A stretch of DNA of 64,000 nucleotides from an uncultured Chloroflexia bacterium (GTDB taxonomy: Bacteria > Chloroflexota > Limnocylindria > Limnocylindrales > CSP1-4). Positions 9,160-18,254 of the stretch are shown here, one piece after another (the stretch's first letter is position 1; each line of letters begins with the position of its first letter). Location of the stretch: positions 968,900-1,032,899 of the forward strand of contig CAVORL010000006.1 in the NCBI GenBank assembly GCA_963698595.1, in the 5' to 3' direction. The position numbers and the translations under genes are program-made. The notes under the pieces were generated by a model. It saw nothing but the letters and a program-made list of their open reading frames with translations, did no database searches and was not told where the DNA came from.

Positions 9160-9176
9160 CCTGAAGGTGTCCTGAA
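9160..9176 (-). promoter_or_regulatory. phased direct repeat TTCAGG-N5-TTCAGG (minus-strand reading), candidate OmpR-type response-regulator site
   Basis: CCTGAAggtgtCCTGAA on the plus strand, about 95-110 bp upstream of the minus-strand gene starting at 9066. The architecture matches the sites at 9272 and 12152. Confidence 0.5.
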
Positions 9177-9271
9177 TGGGCCCCGCCGCGACACCTCACG
9201 GCACCTCGCGCGGGAAGGTGCTTCGTGCGCCCGCGGCGGGTTTCGGCGGGCGCCTGCCACGACGGGACGTC

Positions 9272-9288
9272 TTCAGGTTCGCTTCAGG
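9272..9288 (+). promoter_or_regulatory. phased direct repeat TTCAGG-N5-TTCAGG, candidate response-regulator site
   Basis: cTTCAGGttcgcTTCAGGcg lies 64 bp upstream of the ferric-reductase gene start (9352). The 11-bp phasing is as in OmpR/PhoB-type sites. Confidence 0.5.
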
Positions 9289-9351
9289 CGGTCCGGCGAC
9301 CATCCTTCCTCGTCGTGCCGCCCGGCCCGATGCACCACACAGGGTCACGTC

Positions 9352-10773
9352 ATGCTCGACACGCTCCAACCCGTCGCCACCGGTCAGCGTGCGCTGGGGA
9401 CCGTGGCATCTGGGCATCCGGCGCGGCCGCCCTTGCCGCGCCGCTGGGCGCTCCGTACCTCCGACCTCGCGGCGATCGGGGTGGGGATCGCGGTCCTCAT
9501 CGTGCTCATGTGGGCGCGCCACGGTGGAACGGCGGAGCTCGCGTCGCCAGCCGGAGTCCTGACCGCCGGGGGCCAGCTCACGGCACTCCTGGGGACCTAC
9601 ATCGCGCTGGTCCAGCTGGTCCTCATGTCACGAAGCCCATTCCTCGACCAGGTCGTCGGGCCCGATCGGCTCGCCTGGCTACACCGCTGGCTCGGGTTCG
9701 CGTGCGTCTCGCTCGTCGTTGGTCACGTCCTCCTCACGACCGCCGGCTACGCTGCGAGCGCCGGGCGCGGCCTCGTCGAGCAGGCCCTGACCTTCGTGCT
9801 CACCTACCCCTTCGTGCTGGCAGCCGCCGCCGGCCTCGGCCTCTTCCTCCTGGTCGCCCTCAGCTCGGTGCGGGCCGCACGGCGCCGGATGGCATACGAG
9901 ACCTGGTTCGGCCTCCACCTCTACGCCTACCTCGGGATCGCCCTGGCGTTCGCCCATCAGCTCGCCGTCGGCGCCGACTTCGTCGGCGACCCCGTCGCGG
10001 TTGCCTTCTGGATCGCGCTCTATGCCACGACGGCCGCGCTCGTGCTCGTCTTCCGCTTCGGCCAGCCGCTGGCGTTGTCGTTGCACCACCGCTTCGAGGT
10101 CTCCAACGTCGTCGCCGAGGGCCCAGGCGTGGTCTCGGTCTACGTCACCGGCCGCAGGCTCGACCGTCTCGCGGTGCGAGCCGGCCAGTACTTCAACATC
10201 CGCCTGCTGACCGCGGACGGCTGGTGGCGCGCGCATCCCTTTTCGCTGTCCGCGGCCCCCAACGGCCGGTTCCTTCGCTTCACCATCAAGAACCTGGGCG
10301 ACTGGAGCGGCGGACGCCTGCAGCAGGTCCGCCTCGGGACGAAGCTCATCCTCGAAGGGCCGTACGGCACGTTGACCGGCGCTCGACGGCTTCGGCGACG
10401 CGTCCTTCTCGTCGCCGGCGGCGTGGGCATCACGCCGCTGCGGGCGCTTCTCGAGGCCCTGCCGGCGGAGCCGGGCGACCTGACCCTCGTCTACCGCGCA
10501 CGCAGCGCGGATGACATCGTCTTCCGCGATGAGCTCCAGGCGATCGCCAAGGTGCGCGGAGCCACGCTCCACTTCGTGGTCGGGCGGCGCGGAAGCTCCG
10601 CGGTCGGCGACGACCCTCTTGGCCCGGATGCCCTCGTGGCCCTGGCCCCGGACTCCCTGCAGAGCGATGTCTACGTCTGCGGCCCGAGCTCGATGATGGA
10701 AGCGACCGTGGCGTCGCTCCGTGCCCTGGGGGTCCCGCGCGACCAGGTTCACCTCGAGCGCTTCAACCACTGA
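9352..10773 (+). CDS. ferric reductase-like transmembrane protein with FAD- and NAD-binding domains
   Basis: The C-terminal 473 aa of ORF 7942..10773 have six TM helices with conserved His residues, then HPFSLS (FAD site), GPYG and VAGGVGITP (NAD site). The upstream part of the long ORF is antisense to the repeat-protein gene. Confidence 0.85.
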   Translation: MLDTLQPVATGQRALGTVASGHPARPPLPRRWALRTSDLAAIGVGIAVLIVLMWARHGGTAELASPAGVLTAGGQLTALLGTYIALVQLVLMSRSPFLDQVVGPDRLAWLHRWLGFACVSLVVGHVLLTTAGYAASAGRGLVEQALTFVLTYPFVLAAAAGLGLFLLVALSSVRAARRRMAYETWFGLHLYAYLGIALAFAHQLAVGADFVGDPVAVAFWIALYATTAALVLVFRFGQPLALSLHHRFEVSNVVAEGPGVVSVYVTGRRLDRLAVRAGQYFNIRLLTADGWWRAHPFSLSAAPNGRFLRFTIKNLGDWSGGRLQQVRLGTKLILEGPYGTLTGARRLRRRVLLVAGGVGITPLRALLEALPAEPGDLTLVYRARSADDIVFRDELQAIAKVRGATLHFVVGRRGSSAVGDDPLGPDALVALAPDSLQSDVYVCGPSSMMEATVASLRALGVPRDQVHLERFNH

Positions 10774-10787
10774 CAGCGGAGTCATCG

Positions 10788-11339
10788 ATGCCGAAACGCG
10801 GAGCCGTCGCGCTCCTTCTGACCACCTGCGCCCTCGCTCTCCTTCTCTCCTTCAAGACCCCGAGCGAGCTGCCCACCCAGGTCGACGCCATCGGTGGCGC
10901 CGGCGGCATCGCCCCGGCAGCACCCGCGTCGAGCCTGCCGGCTGCCGACGCCACGCCGGCAGCCGGCACCGGCGAAGCGGCAACACCCGACGGGATTCCC
11001 CAGCCGAGCACTGCTCCTGCGCCAGCCGCGACGCCGGCGTCACCCGGAGCGGCCGCCTACCGCAATGGAACGGTCGATGGCTTGGTCGTGGAGACCCGCT
11101 GGGGCGCTGTCCAGGTGCAGGTCACGATCGCGGGCGGCGTGATCACCGACGTCACGGCGCTCCAGCTGCCGTCCGGAGACCGCCACTCCCTGGACATCAG
11201 CCACCGCGTCGAGCCGGTGCTCCGCAGCGCCGCCCTCGCCTCCCAGAGCGCTCGGATCGACGTCCTCTCCGGTGCCACCTACACGAGCACCGCGTACGCC
11301 CGGTCGCTCCAGGCGGCGCTCGACGCGGCCCGGGCCTGA
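10788..11339 (+). CDS. FMN-binding domain protein (membrane anchored)
   Basis: N-terminal TM anchor, Ala/Pro linker, then a C-terminal FMN_bind-type domain ending IDVLSGATYTSTAY, which carries the flavinylation-type S/T motif. Confidence 0.8.
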   Translation: MPKRGAVALLLTTCALALLLSFKTPSELPTQVDAIGGAGGIAPAAPASSLPAADATPAAGTGEAATPDGIPQPSTAPAPAATPASPGAAAYRNGTVDGLVVETRWGAVQVQVTIAGGVITDVTALQLPSGDRHSLDISHRVEPVLRSAALASQSARIDVLSGATYTSTAYARSLQAALDAARA

Positions 11340-11342
11340 CCG

Positions 11343-12104
11343 ATGGGCGTTCGCGTCGACGCCGTGATGGGGACCGTGGTCTCGATCGACGTGCGGGACC
11401 CCGGCCTGAGCACCCCGGCAATCGCCGTGGGGGTGGACGCTGCCATCGCGTGGCTGCACGCTGTGGACGCGCGATTCAGCCCGTACCGCGAGACGAGCGA
11501 GATCTGCCGCCTGGACCGCGGCGAGCTGGCCTTCGACGACTGCCACCCGGACGTGCGGCACGTCCTGCGGGCGTGCGACGATCTCCGGCGCGCGACCGAT
11601 GGAGCCTTCGATGCCCGTGGTCACCGTCCGGACGGCGGCTTCGACCCTTCGGGCTACGTCAAGGGATGGGCCGTCGACGAGGCCGCCGACGTCCTCGTCG
11701 CTGCGGGCGCCCGCAGCTTCGCCATCAACGCCGGCGGCGACGTCCTGGTCCGCGGCGAACCATCGATGGGCCGCCCCTGGCGGGTAGGCGTCCGATCCCC
11801 GGACGAGCCCGGCCGCGTGGCGGCCGTGTTGGCCGTGCGCGACGCGGCGATCGCAACAAGCGGGCTCTACGAACGAGGGCCTCACATCCGTGACCCACGC
11901 TCGGGCGCGACCCCGCGCTCCTTCGCCAGCATCACGGTCATGGGTCCCCGCCTGGCGATCGCCGACGCGGTCGCCACCGCGGCGTTCGCAATGGGGCAGT
12001 CCGGACCCGGGTGGGTCGCCGGCCAGGCGGGGTTGGGGGTGCTCGCGATCGACGCGGCCGGCGTCGGTCACTGGTCCGATCTCGTCGCCGCCGTCCTCGC
12101 GTGA
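11343..12104 (+). CDS. apbE: FAD:protein FMN transferase (ApbE family)
   Basis: MGTVVSIDV, FSPYRETSEI, GFDPSGYVKGWAVD, AINAGGDV and TSGLYERG are typical ApbE blocks. It directly follows its likely FMN-binding substrate protein. Confidence 0.85.
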   Translation: MGVRVDAVMGTVVSIDVRDPGLSTPAIAVGVDAAIAWLHAVDARFSPYRETSEICRLDRGELAFDDCHPDVRHVLRACDDLRRATDGAFDARGHRPDGGFDPSGYVKGWAVDEAADVLVAAGARSFAINAGGDVLVRGEPSMGRPWRVGVRSPDEPGRVAAVLAVRDAAIATSGLYERGPHIRDPRSGATPRSFASITVMGPRLAIADAVATAAFAMGQSGPGWVAGQAGLGVLAIDAAGVGHWSDLVAAVLA

Positions 12105-12151
12105 ACGGAGTGGCTGAGTCCTCCGTCGTCGTCCGGCACCTGCACCCTCGC

Positions 12152-12168
12152 TTCAGGCACGATTCAGG
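12152..12168 (+). promoter_or_regulatory. phased direct repeat TTCAGG-N5-TTCAGG upstream of the protease/two-component operon
   Basis: cTTCAGGcacgaTTCAGGaa lies 58 bp upstream of ATG 12226. It has the same hexamer and spacing as the sites at 9160 and 9272. Confidence 0.5.
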
Positions 12169-12225
12169 AATTCCGGGTACAACCACCTTCGAAGGGGGCG
12201 TCCCGTCGCCCCGCCGGAGACGCCG

Positions 12226-13143
12226 ATGACCCTGGATCAGCACCCGTGGCCGGGAGAAGAGACCGTCGCGCCCGCCCCGGCGACCGCGCGTGGGCACGCG
12301 CCGGGCCCTGCTGGTCCGTCCGTGCCCGCTCCCAGGCCGACGGATCGCGGTCGCGGTGGTCGTTGGCCCGGGGTGCGGGTGGTGGTCGCTGCCTCCATCC
12401 TCTCCGCGGTTCTCGCGAGCGGCGGCACCACGGCAATCCTGCTCGGGGGCGTCCCGGCCGCCGCGTCGCCGGCTGCGTCCACGGCGATCCCGAGTCGAAC
12501 GCCCGCCGCGGCAACGCTCACCGGGCTCGATGCCGAGTCAGGCGTGGCCGCGGTGGCGGCGGCCATCGAGCCGTCGGTCGTCACGATTTCGGCGACGGGT
12601 GGCGGTCGCTCCGCGAGCGCGGGTGGCTCGGGCATCGTCGTCTCGGTGGACGGGCTCATCCTCACGACAACGGTCGCCGTCCCGAGCGACGCGAGCTACA
12701 CGGTCCTCTTCTCCAACGAGCGCGAGGGCACGGCCCGCGTCGTCGCGAGCGACCCGAGCCTGGGGCTCGTCCTCTTGCGAGCCGACGCCACCGGTCTCGT
12801 GCCGGCGAGCCTCACGAATGCCGACATGCTCACGGTCGGCCAGGTGGTGATCGCGGTCGGCAGCCCACTCGGCGAGTTCACCGACACCGTCACGGCCGGG
12901 ATCGTCTCCGGGCTCGATCGGTCGGTCGACCTTCGCGACCCGTCGACCCGCCAACGGGTCACGCTCGACGGTCTGATCCAGACCGACGCAGCCGTAAACA
13001 CGGGGAGCAGCGGGGGCCCGCTCCTCGACACGGGAGGCAGGGTCGTGGGCATCATCGCGACGTCCGCGGGCAACGGCCAGGGCATCGGCTTCGCGATCCC
13101 CGCCAGCTTCGCCCGGGATCTCCTCGCGGGCGCGCTTCCCTGA
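12226..13143 (+). CDS. trypsin-like serine protease (HtrA/S1C-like, no PDZ domain visible)
   Basis: N-terminal TM anchor, with the catalytic Ser in NTGSSGGPLLD and the upstream GSGIVV/DLVLL-type blocks. Confidence 0.8.
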   Translation: MTLDQHPWPGEETVAPAPATARGHAPGPAGPSVPAPRPTDRGRGGRWPGVRVVVAASILSAVLASGGTTAILLGGVPAAASPAASTAIPSRTPAAATLTGLDAESGVAAVAAAIEPSVVTISATGGGRSASAGGSGIVVSVDGLILTTTVAVPSDASYTVLFSNEREGTARVVASDPSLGLVLLRADATGLVPASLTNADMLTVGQVVIAVGSPLGEFTDTVTAGIVSGLDRSVDLRDPSTRQRVTLDGLIQTDAAVNTGSSGGPLLDTGGRVVGIIATSAGNGQGIGFAIPASFARDLLAGALP

Positions 13144-13166
13144 TGCAGGCCGGGTAGGAGGATCGC

Positions 13167-13835
13167 GTGCATCTGCTCCTCGTCGAGGACGACCCTCGCC
13201 TCGTGCGACTGCTGACCCGCCTCCTCTCGCAGGACCGCCACGTGGTGGACTCCGCCACCACGGCAGCCGAGGGCCTCGAGCTCGCGTCGGTCGCCGAGCT
13301 CGACGCGGTCATCCTCGACGTCGGCCTCCCCGACGGCTCCGGCTTCGACATCGCCCGGACCCTGCGGAAACAAGGATCGGCCGTGCCGATCCTCATGCTC
13401 ACCGCGCGGGACGCAGTCTCGGCGCGCGTGGAGGGGCTCGACGCCGGGGCAGACGATTACCTGGTGAAGCCGTTCGCCTACGAGGAGCTGCTGGCGCGCC
13501 TGCGGGCGCTCGGCAGGCGACCGCCGCCCCGCCGAGGGCTGACCCTCAAGGCGGGACCGATCCGTCTCGAGGAGACCGAGCGCAGGGTGACCGTTGCCGG
13601 GCGACCGGTCGATTTGAGCCAGCGGGAGTACGCGATCCTGGAGTGCCTGCTGCGCCGCCCCGGCCAGGTCCTCTCGCGGGATCAGCTGCTGGACCAGGCC
13701 TGGCCGTATGGCGCCGCCCTGACTCCGAACACGGTCGAGGCCTACATCCACCTTCTGCGCACGAAGCTCGGGCCGGACGGCGGCGCCTGGATCGAGACCG
13801 TTCGCGGCGTCGGCTACCGGATCCGTGGCTCCTGA
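13167..13835 (+). CDS. OmpR/PhoB-family response regulator
   Basis: Receiver domain (LLLVEDD, ILDVGLPDGSG, LMLTA, KPF) plus a winged-helix trans_reg_C domain (REYAILECL, VGYRI). Confidence 0.9.
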   Translation: MHLLLVEDDPRLVRLLTRLLSQDRHVVDSATTAAEGLELASVAELDAVILDVGLPDGSGFDIARTLRKQGSAVPILMLTARDAVSARVEGLDAGADDYLVKPFAYEELLARLRALGRRPPPRRGLTLKAGPIRLEETERRVTVAGRPVDLSQREYAILECLLRRPGQVLSRDQLLDQAWPYGAALTPNTVEAYIHLLRTKLGPDGGAWIETVRGVGYRIRGS

Positions 13836-15159
13836 CGGCGGCCGCCCGGATCTCACGGGAACCGGCCGCGGTGACGCCGGCGGCGATGCCGCGCTCCTGC
13901 GGCGGACACGCCTGCGCCTCATCGCCTGGAGCGGCGGCCTGACCCTGATCATCCTCCTGGCGCTGGGGGCGCTGGTCAACACGGCCGTCTCCCGGGAGCT
14001 CGCGGATCGCGGCACGGCCATCCTCGAGGAACGCGCCCAGGAGGTCGCCCAGGTCATCGGCCGGCGCGGCCAGCTCCCGGACCGCCCACCCTTCGGGTTC
14101 ACCTTCGGCGGCGAGCAGTCCGGGACGCTGACGCTGGCGATCCAGCCGGACGGCTCCGTGCTCGGCCGGCTGGACCAGGTGATCGGGCTCCCGATCGAGC
14201 CATCCGTCGAGGCCGCGCTGGCGGGTGGCAGCGACACCCGCACGATGATGCTGGACGACACCCCGATCCGGGTCTACTCGGTCACCGTGCCGCGGGCGGA
14301 CGGCGACTGGGTCGTCCAGGTGATCGGCGAGCGCGTCTCCGAGCAGCGGCTCCTCGCGGCGCTCCTCTCGGTCCTCATCGCGGGAAGCATTGCGGCGGCG
14401 GCCCTGGCGATCGCGGGCGGGTGGGTCTATGCGGGCCGGGCCCTCGTGCCGATCCGGTCAGCCATCGACCGGCGCGAGGCCGCGCTGCGCCGCCAGCGCG
14501 AGTTCGCCGCCAACGCGAGCCACGAGCTGCGGACGCCGCTGACGGTGATCCGGGCCAGCGTGACCGACCTGCGCCGCAACCAGGACCAGCCCGTCGGCCA
14601 GGTGGGCGCCGCGCTGGAGGACATCGAGGCCGAGACCACCCACCTAGCCGCGCTCGTCGACGACCTGCTCCTGCTCGCCCGAACGGACGCAGGGACCGTC
14701 GAGATCGAGCGGGCGCCCCTTGACCTCGCCGACGTTGCGGTGGAGGCCGCAGCGCCGCTCACCGTGATCGCTTCGCAGCGGGGTGTGACGCTCGTCGTCG
14801 AGCCGCTGCCCTCCGAAGTGGAGGGCGACGCGTTGCGGCTGCGCCAGCTCGTCACGATCCTGGTCGACAACGCGATCGCCCACAGTCCCTCCGGCGGCGG
14901 GGTCGCGGTGCGGGTGCGCCCGGAGAACGCGATGGCGGTCCTGCGGGTGGACGACGACGGACCAGGCATCCGGGACGATGATCGGGAGCGCGTCTTCGAG
15001 CGCTTCTGGCGGGCCGACGGGGCGCCCGCCGGCGGGACGGGCCTGGGGCTCGCGATCGCGCGCTGGATCGTGGAGCGGCACGGCGGCCGGGTCGATGTGG
15101 CCAACCGCCCCGAGGGCGGCGCCCGCTTCGAGGCCCGGATCCCGCTGCGCCGGGCTTAG
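13825..15159 (+). CDS. sensor histidine kinase (two TM, HAMP, HisKA, HATPase_c)
   Basis: H-box FAANASHELRTPLT, N-box LVDNAIAHS, and G-boxes DDGPGI and GTGLGLAIA. It overlaps the regulator gene by 11 bp. Confidence 0.9.
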   Translation: MAPDGGRPDLTGTGRGDAGGDAALLRRTRLRLIAWSGGLTLIILLALGALVNTAVSRELADRGTAILEERAQEVAQVIGRRGQLPDRPPFGFTFGGEQSGTLTLAIQPDGSVLGRLDQVIGLPIEPSVEAALAGGSDTRTMMLDDTPIRVYSVTVPRADGDWVVQVIGERVSEQRLLAALLSVLIAGSIAAAALAIAGGWVYAGRALVPIRSAIDRREAALRRQREFAANASHELRTPLTVIRASVTDLRRNQDQPVGQVGAALEDIEAETTHLAALVDDLLLLARTDAGTVEIERAPLDLADVAVEAAAPLTVIASQRGVTLVVEPLPSEVEGDALRLRQLVTILVDNAIAHSPSGGGVAVRVRPENAMAVLRVDDDGPGIRDDDRERVFERFWRADGAPAGGTGLGLAIARWIVERHGGRVDVANRPEGGARFEARIPLRRA

Positions 15160-15228
15160 GCCGCGCCCGCGTCAGGGCGGTCGCCACGGACGCCCGGGCC
15201 CGGCGGCCACCGGGACTGGCCGTTGCGG

Positions 15229-16428
15229 CTACTCTCGGCCGCGACGAAGGCGGGCGCCCAGCACCTGCAGTCCGAGTCGGGCACAGGGGCCCATGTCATC
15301 CCGGGCCACGTAGACCGTCTCCTGCACGCCGCGCAGCGATGCGGCCCACTGTCGCGGCGTCAGTCTCCCGTCGCGCAGGTAGCGGAGGCTCGAGGCGAAG
15401 TCATGCTCGTCCAGCCACCTCCGGCCCTCCACCATCGTGTCGGCCGGCACTGGCTGGCCGGTCATGTCGAGGTACATCGCGCGTACGACGTCGAGGCCGT
15501 TGCGCCCGACGAAGAGCCGGAAGGTGCTGCCGATGCGCGGGTTCACGTCGAGGACCTTGTACTGCCCGTCGCGCGCGTCGTAGCGATAGCCCATGTCGAG
15601 CATCCCGCGATACCCGAGCGCCTTCATCCAGCGCCGTGTCATCCGGTCCACGGTCTCGTTGGGCCTGCAGACACCCAGGCTCGTGGTGCCGGCGTACGCG
15701 GGTGTCTGGCGCAGCTTCTGGCCCGTCAGGCCGAACAGGCACTCCGAGTCACGATCGAAGTAGCCGTTGAACATCCAGACGGTGTCGTCGCCGCCGGGGA
15801 TGAACTCCTGGAGCATGAGGTTCGGGCTGCCCGGATCCTCGACCTCACCGTACAGCCGGACGAGGTCCTCCGGCCGCTCCGCGATGAAGAGCGTCCGACC
15901 GGCGCGCTCGTGGAGACGGTTCCCGAAGATGCCCTTGATCATCACCGGGAACGTGGCGCCGGCCGAGAACGCGTGGACATCGTCGACGCTGGCGGGGAAT
16001 ACAGCCTGCGGGGTCGGCACGCCGTGCTCGACGGCGAGCCGGTGCATCTCCCGCTTGCTGGCGAGGGAGCGGGCCAGGCCGTCCGGCTGGTCGGGCAGCA
16101 GGAAGTGCTCGTGCAGTGCCGGATAGGCGTCGGCGACCAGCATCGCGATGTCGTCCCAGGTTGGGATCAGGATCGCCCGGGTGCCGAGTCGTCGTCCCGC
16201 CAGGAGCAGGCGCTCCACGGCCTCCTCGGGTGAGGCGCCCACGATGTCGAACACGAACCGACGCCCGAGAAACCGCGAGGACGACGATGGGCCGCGCGGA
16301 TTCGAGTCGAGCGTGTGGACCGGGATCCCCAGGCGCCCCAGGCTGCGCAGGATCCCCAGGGCGCTGTGGGGCGCCCGGCGGACCCGCGGGGAGGCCGTGA
16401 GGACGAGGGCCGGCGTGCTCGTGTCCAT
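15229..16428 (-). CDS. ATP-grasp domain protein (carboxylate-amine ligase-like, substrate unknown)
   Basis: The 399-aa C-terminal part of ORF 15229..16878 starts at ATG 16428 (MDTSTPALVL). It has the ATP-grasp blocks FPVMIKG, LMLQEFIPG and YKVLDVNPRIG. Confidence 0.75.
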   Translation of the reverse strand: MDTSTPALVLTASPRVRRAPHSALGILRSLGRLGIPVHTLDSNPRGPSSSSRFLGRRFVFDIVGASPEEAVERLLLAGRRLGTRAILIPTWDDIAMLVADAYPALHEHFLLPDQPDGLARSLASKREMHRLAVEHGVPTPQAVFPASVDDVHAFSAGATFPVMIKGIFGNRLHERAGRTLFIAERPEDLVRLYGEVEDPGSPNLMLQEFIPGGDDTVWMFNGYFDRDSECLFGLTGQKLRQTPAYAGTTSLGVCRPNETVDRMTRRWMKALGYRGMLDMGYRYDARDGQYKVLDVNPRIGSTFRLFVGRNGLDVVRAMYLDMTGQPVPADTMVEGRRWLDEHDFASSLRYLRDGRLTPRQWAASLRGVQETVYVARDDMGPCARLGLQVLGARLRRGRE

Positions 16429-16517
16429 CCCCTCGAAGGCGGCCCCGCGGGCAGCGCTCGAGGGGTCGCCGCCGGCCTCGGACGCGATCAGGCGTGAGGC
16501 GGTCCGCGGCGTCACGG

Positions 16518-17558
16518 CTAGAACCACATCGGAGACTTCCACAGAGACAGCGGCGTGCCGAGGCCCATCGCCGTCGCGGTCTCGAAGACCATGGAGGCCA
16601 CGGCGACGTCGTTGACCCCGAGGCCGATCGCCGCGAAGTGGATGAGCTCGTCGGGCGATTCCCGGCCCGCCTTCTTCCCGGTGACGATCTCCCCAAGGTC
16701 CGCGTAGATCTGGCTGTCCTCCAGCAAACCCTGCTGGTGCATCACCGCGGGCGTCGTGATCCCGCGGTGCTTGACCGTCTCCCACTCGTCGCAGACGAGC
16801 TTCTGCGCGCGACGAATCACCTCGAAGTCGCACTCGTGTCCCGAGAACTGGACGCTCAGCATGCCGGGGGAGAGCCACGCTCCTTCCATGAGCGGCTGGT
16901 GAGCGGTCGTCGCGACCAGGGCAAGATCAAGGCCTCGAACGGCGTCTGCGGGACTGTCCACGACCGTGATCCGTTTGCCCGTTCTCGATTCCATCTCCGT
17001 CGCGAACCGGATCGCCGTCTCCCGCGTCCGGTTATAGACCTTGACCTCGCTGATGTGCTCGAGAGCCGCGCACAGCGCCAGAAGCTGGGTTCGCGCCTGG
17101 ACCCCGGTTCCAATGATGCCGACGGACGACGTGTCCTTCCTCGCGAGGTACTTCGCGGCGACACCTGTCATCGCCCCGGTCCGGGCCGCGCTGATGATGC
17201 TGCCCTCCATGAGCGCGACCGGGACTCCCGTGATCGGATCGTTCAGGATGATCAGCGCCGTGGCCCGCGGTATCCCCCGGTCGCGGTTTGCTGGAAAGCT
17301 GCCGACCCACTTCATCCCGACGGAGTCGATGTCACCGCCGAGGTAGGCCGACAGGAAGTTGATCCGACCTCGAACGCTCTCCATCTCGGGGTCCTCGCTC
17401 CACCGAAGGACCGACTTCGGCGGATCGACGACATCGCCGGTCTCCAGAAGCGACAGGGCGAGCTCGACCCGCTCGATGACCCTGGCCATGTCGAGCGCGC
17501 CCGCCCGAATCACCTCTTCCTGGTCGAGATAGATGAACGTACCAGGCTCGGATCCCAT
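16518..17558 (-). CDS. ornithine cyclodeaminase/mu-crystallin family protein
   Basis: From ATG 17558 (MGSEPGTFIYLD). It has SIISAARTGAMTGVAAKYLA and the Rossmann motif VGIIGTGVQA typical of the OCD/mu-crystallin family. Confidence 0.8.
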   Translation of the reverse strand: MGSEPGTFIYLDQEEVIRAGALDMARVIERVELALSLLETGDVVDPPKSVLRWSEDPEMESVRGRINFLSAYLGGDIDSVGMKWVGSFPANRDRGIPRATALIILNDPITGVPVALMEGSIISAARTGAMTGVAAKYLARKDTSSVGIIGTGVQARTQLLALCAALEHISEVKVYNRTRETAIRFATEMESRTGKRITVVDSPADAVRGLDLALVATTAHQPLMEGAWLSPGMLSVQFSGHECDFEVIRRAQKLVCDEWETVKHRGITTPAVMHQQGLLEDSQIYADLGEIVTGKKAGRESPDELIHFAAIGLGVNDVAVASMVFETATAMGLGTPLSLWKSPMWF

Positions 17559-18179
17559 CCCTGTCTCCCCCACCCGCAGAGCCGCGACCGAAGGGTGCAC
17601 CGTACCACCGCGAACCCCCGCCGGCCGAAGCTCGCCCGCCGGCTCGTCATCGACCGGCGGCACGCCGGACGTCCACTCCGATCAGCGCCACACGATCCTC
17701 TGCACGGCAACCCGGGCACAGGGTCCATCCTGACCAGGGACGTGTCAACTGCCTCAGGTGGTTCCGCAGGGTCTGTGTCGCAAGCCTTCGCCGTAGCGCC
17801 CGGATCCCTGCGCCAGGCATCGGGCCGCGCCTGCATCAGGCCGGTCGTGAGCGACGACGGGCTCCCGCCAGTCCTCCTCGCCCGCGCAGGCCGCGTGTCG
17901 CGGACCTTCGAATTCGCGGGCGAGACGAGCGCCACGGCCCGTCCCTCGGCCGCGAGAACGGGTCGGTGACCAGGTTCGCGGAGCTGCTCGGGATGCGCCT
18001 GGAGGGTTGGGCGGGAGCCAGGCGCTCGAGAACCTCGGCCCATCGCCAGGTCAACCAGCCGGGCAGCCCGTCGTCCCGTCTGCAAGACGAATGGCAGACG
18101 GTCCGGGCACCGGACCGCGAGACGTCGGGGGTCGACCGGTGCGGGACCACTGGGGGGGTGGGGCTCGAACGAAGTGGAG

Positions 18180-18254
18180 TGGCTCCGGCGGTAGGATTCG
18201 AACCTACGACCAAGTGATTAACAGTCACCCGCTCTACCACTGAGCTACGCCGGA
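18180..18254 (-). tRNA. tRNA-Asn (anticodon GTT), CCA encoded
   Basis: The reverse complement reads TCCGGCG-TA-GCTC-AGTGGTA-GAGC-G-GGTGA-CTGTTAA-TCACT-TGGTC-GTAGG-TTCGAAT-CCTAC-CGCCGGA-G-CCA. This gives a full cloverleaf with a TTCGAAT T-loop. Confidence 0.93.

Noticed and set aside
7942-9351. N-terminal 470 codons of the 943-aa ORF 7942..10773, as if it were a giant fusion protein.
   Set aside because: This part is antisense to the well-supported secreted repeat-protein gene and is low-complexity Arg/Gly/Asp-rich. The ferric-reductase homology starts only at ATG 9352.
18180-18254. tRNA-Asn as an integration site for a genomic island or prophage.
   Set aside because: No integrase, recombinase, phage or transposase gene was noticed on either side. 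I found no direct repeat of the tRNA 3-prime end. The neighbouring genes look like ordinary metabolism.
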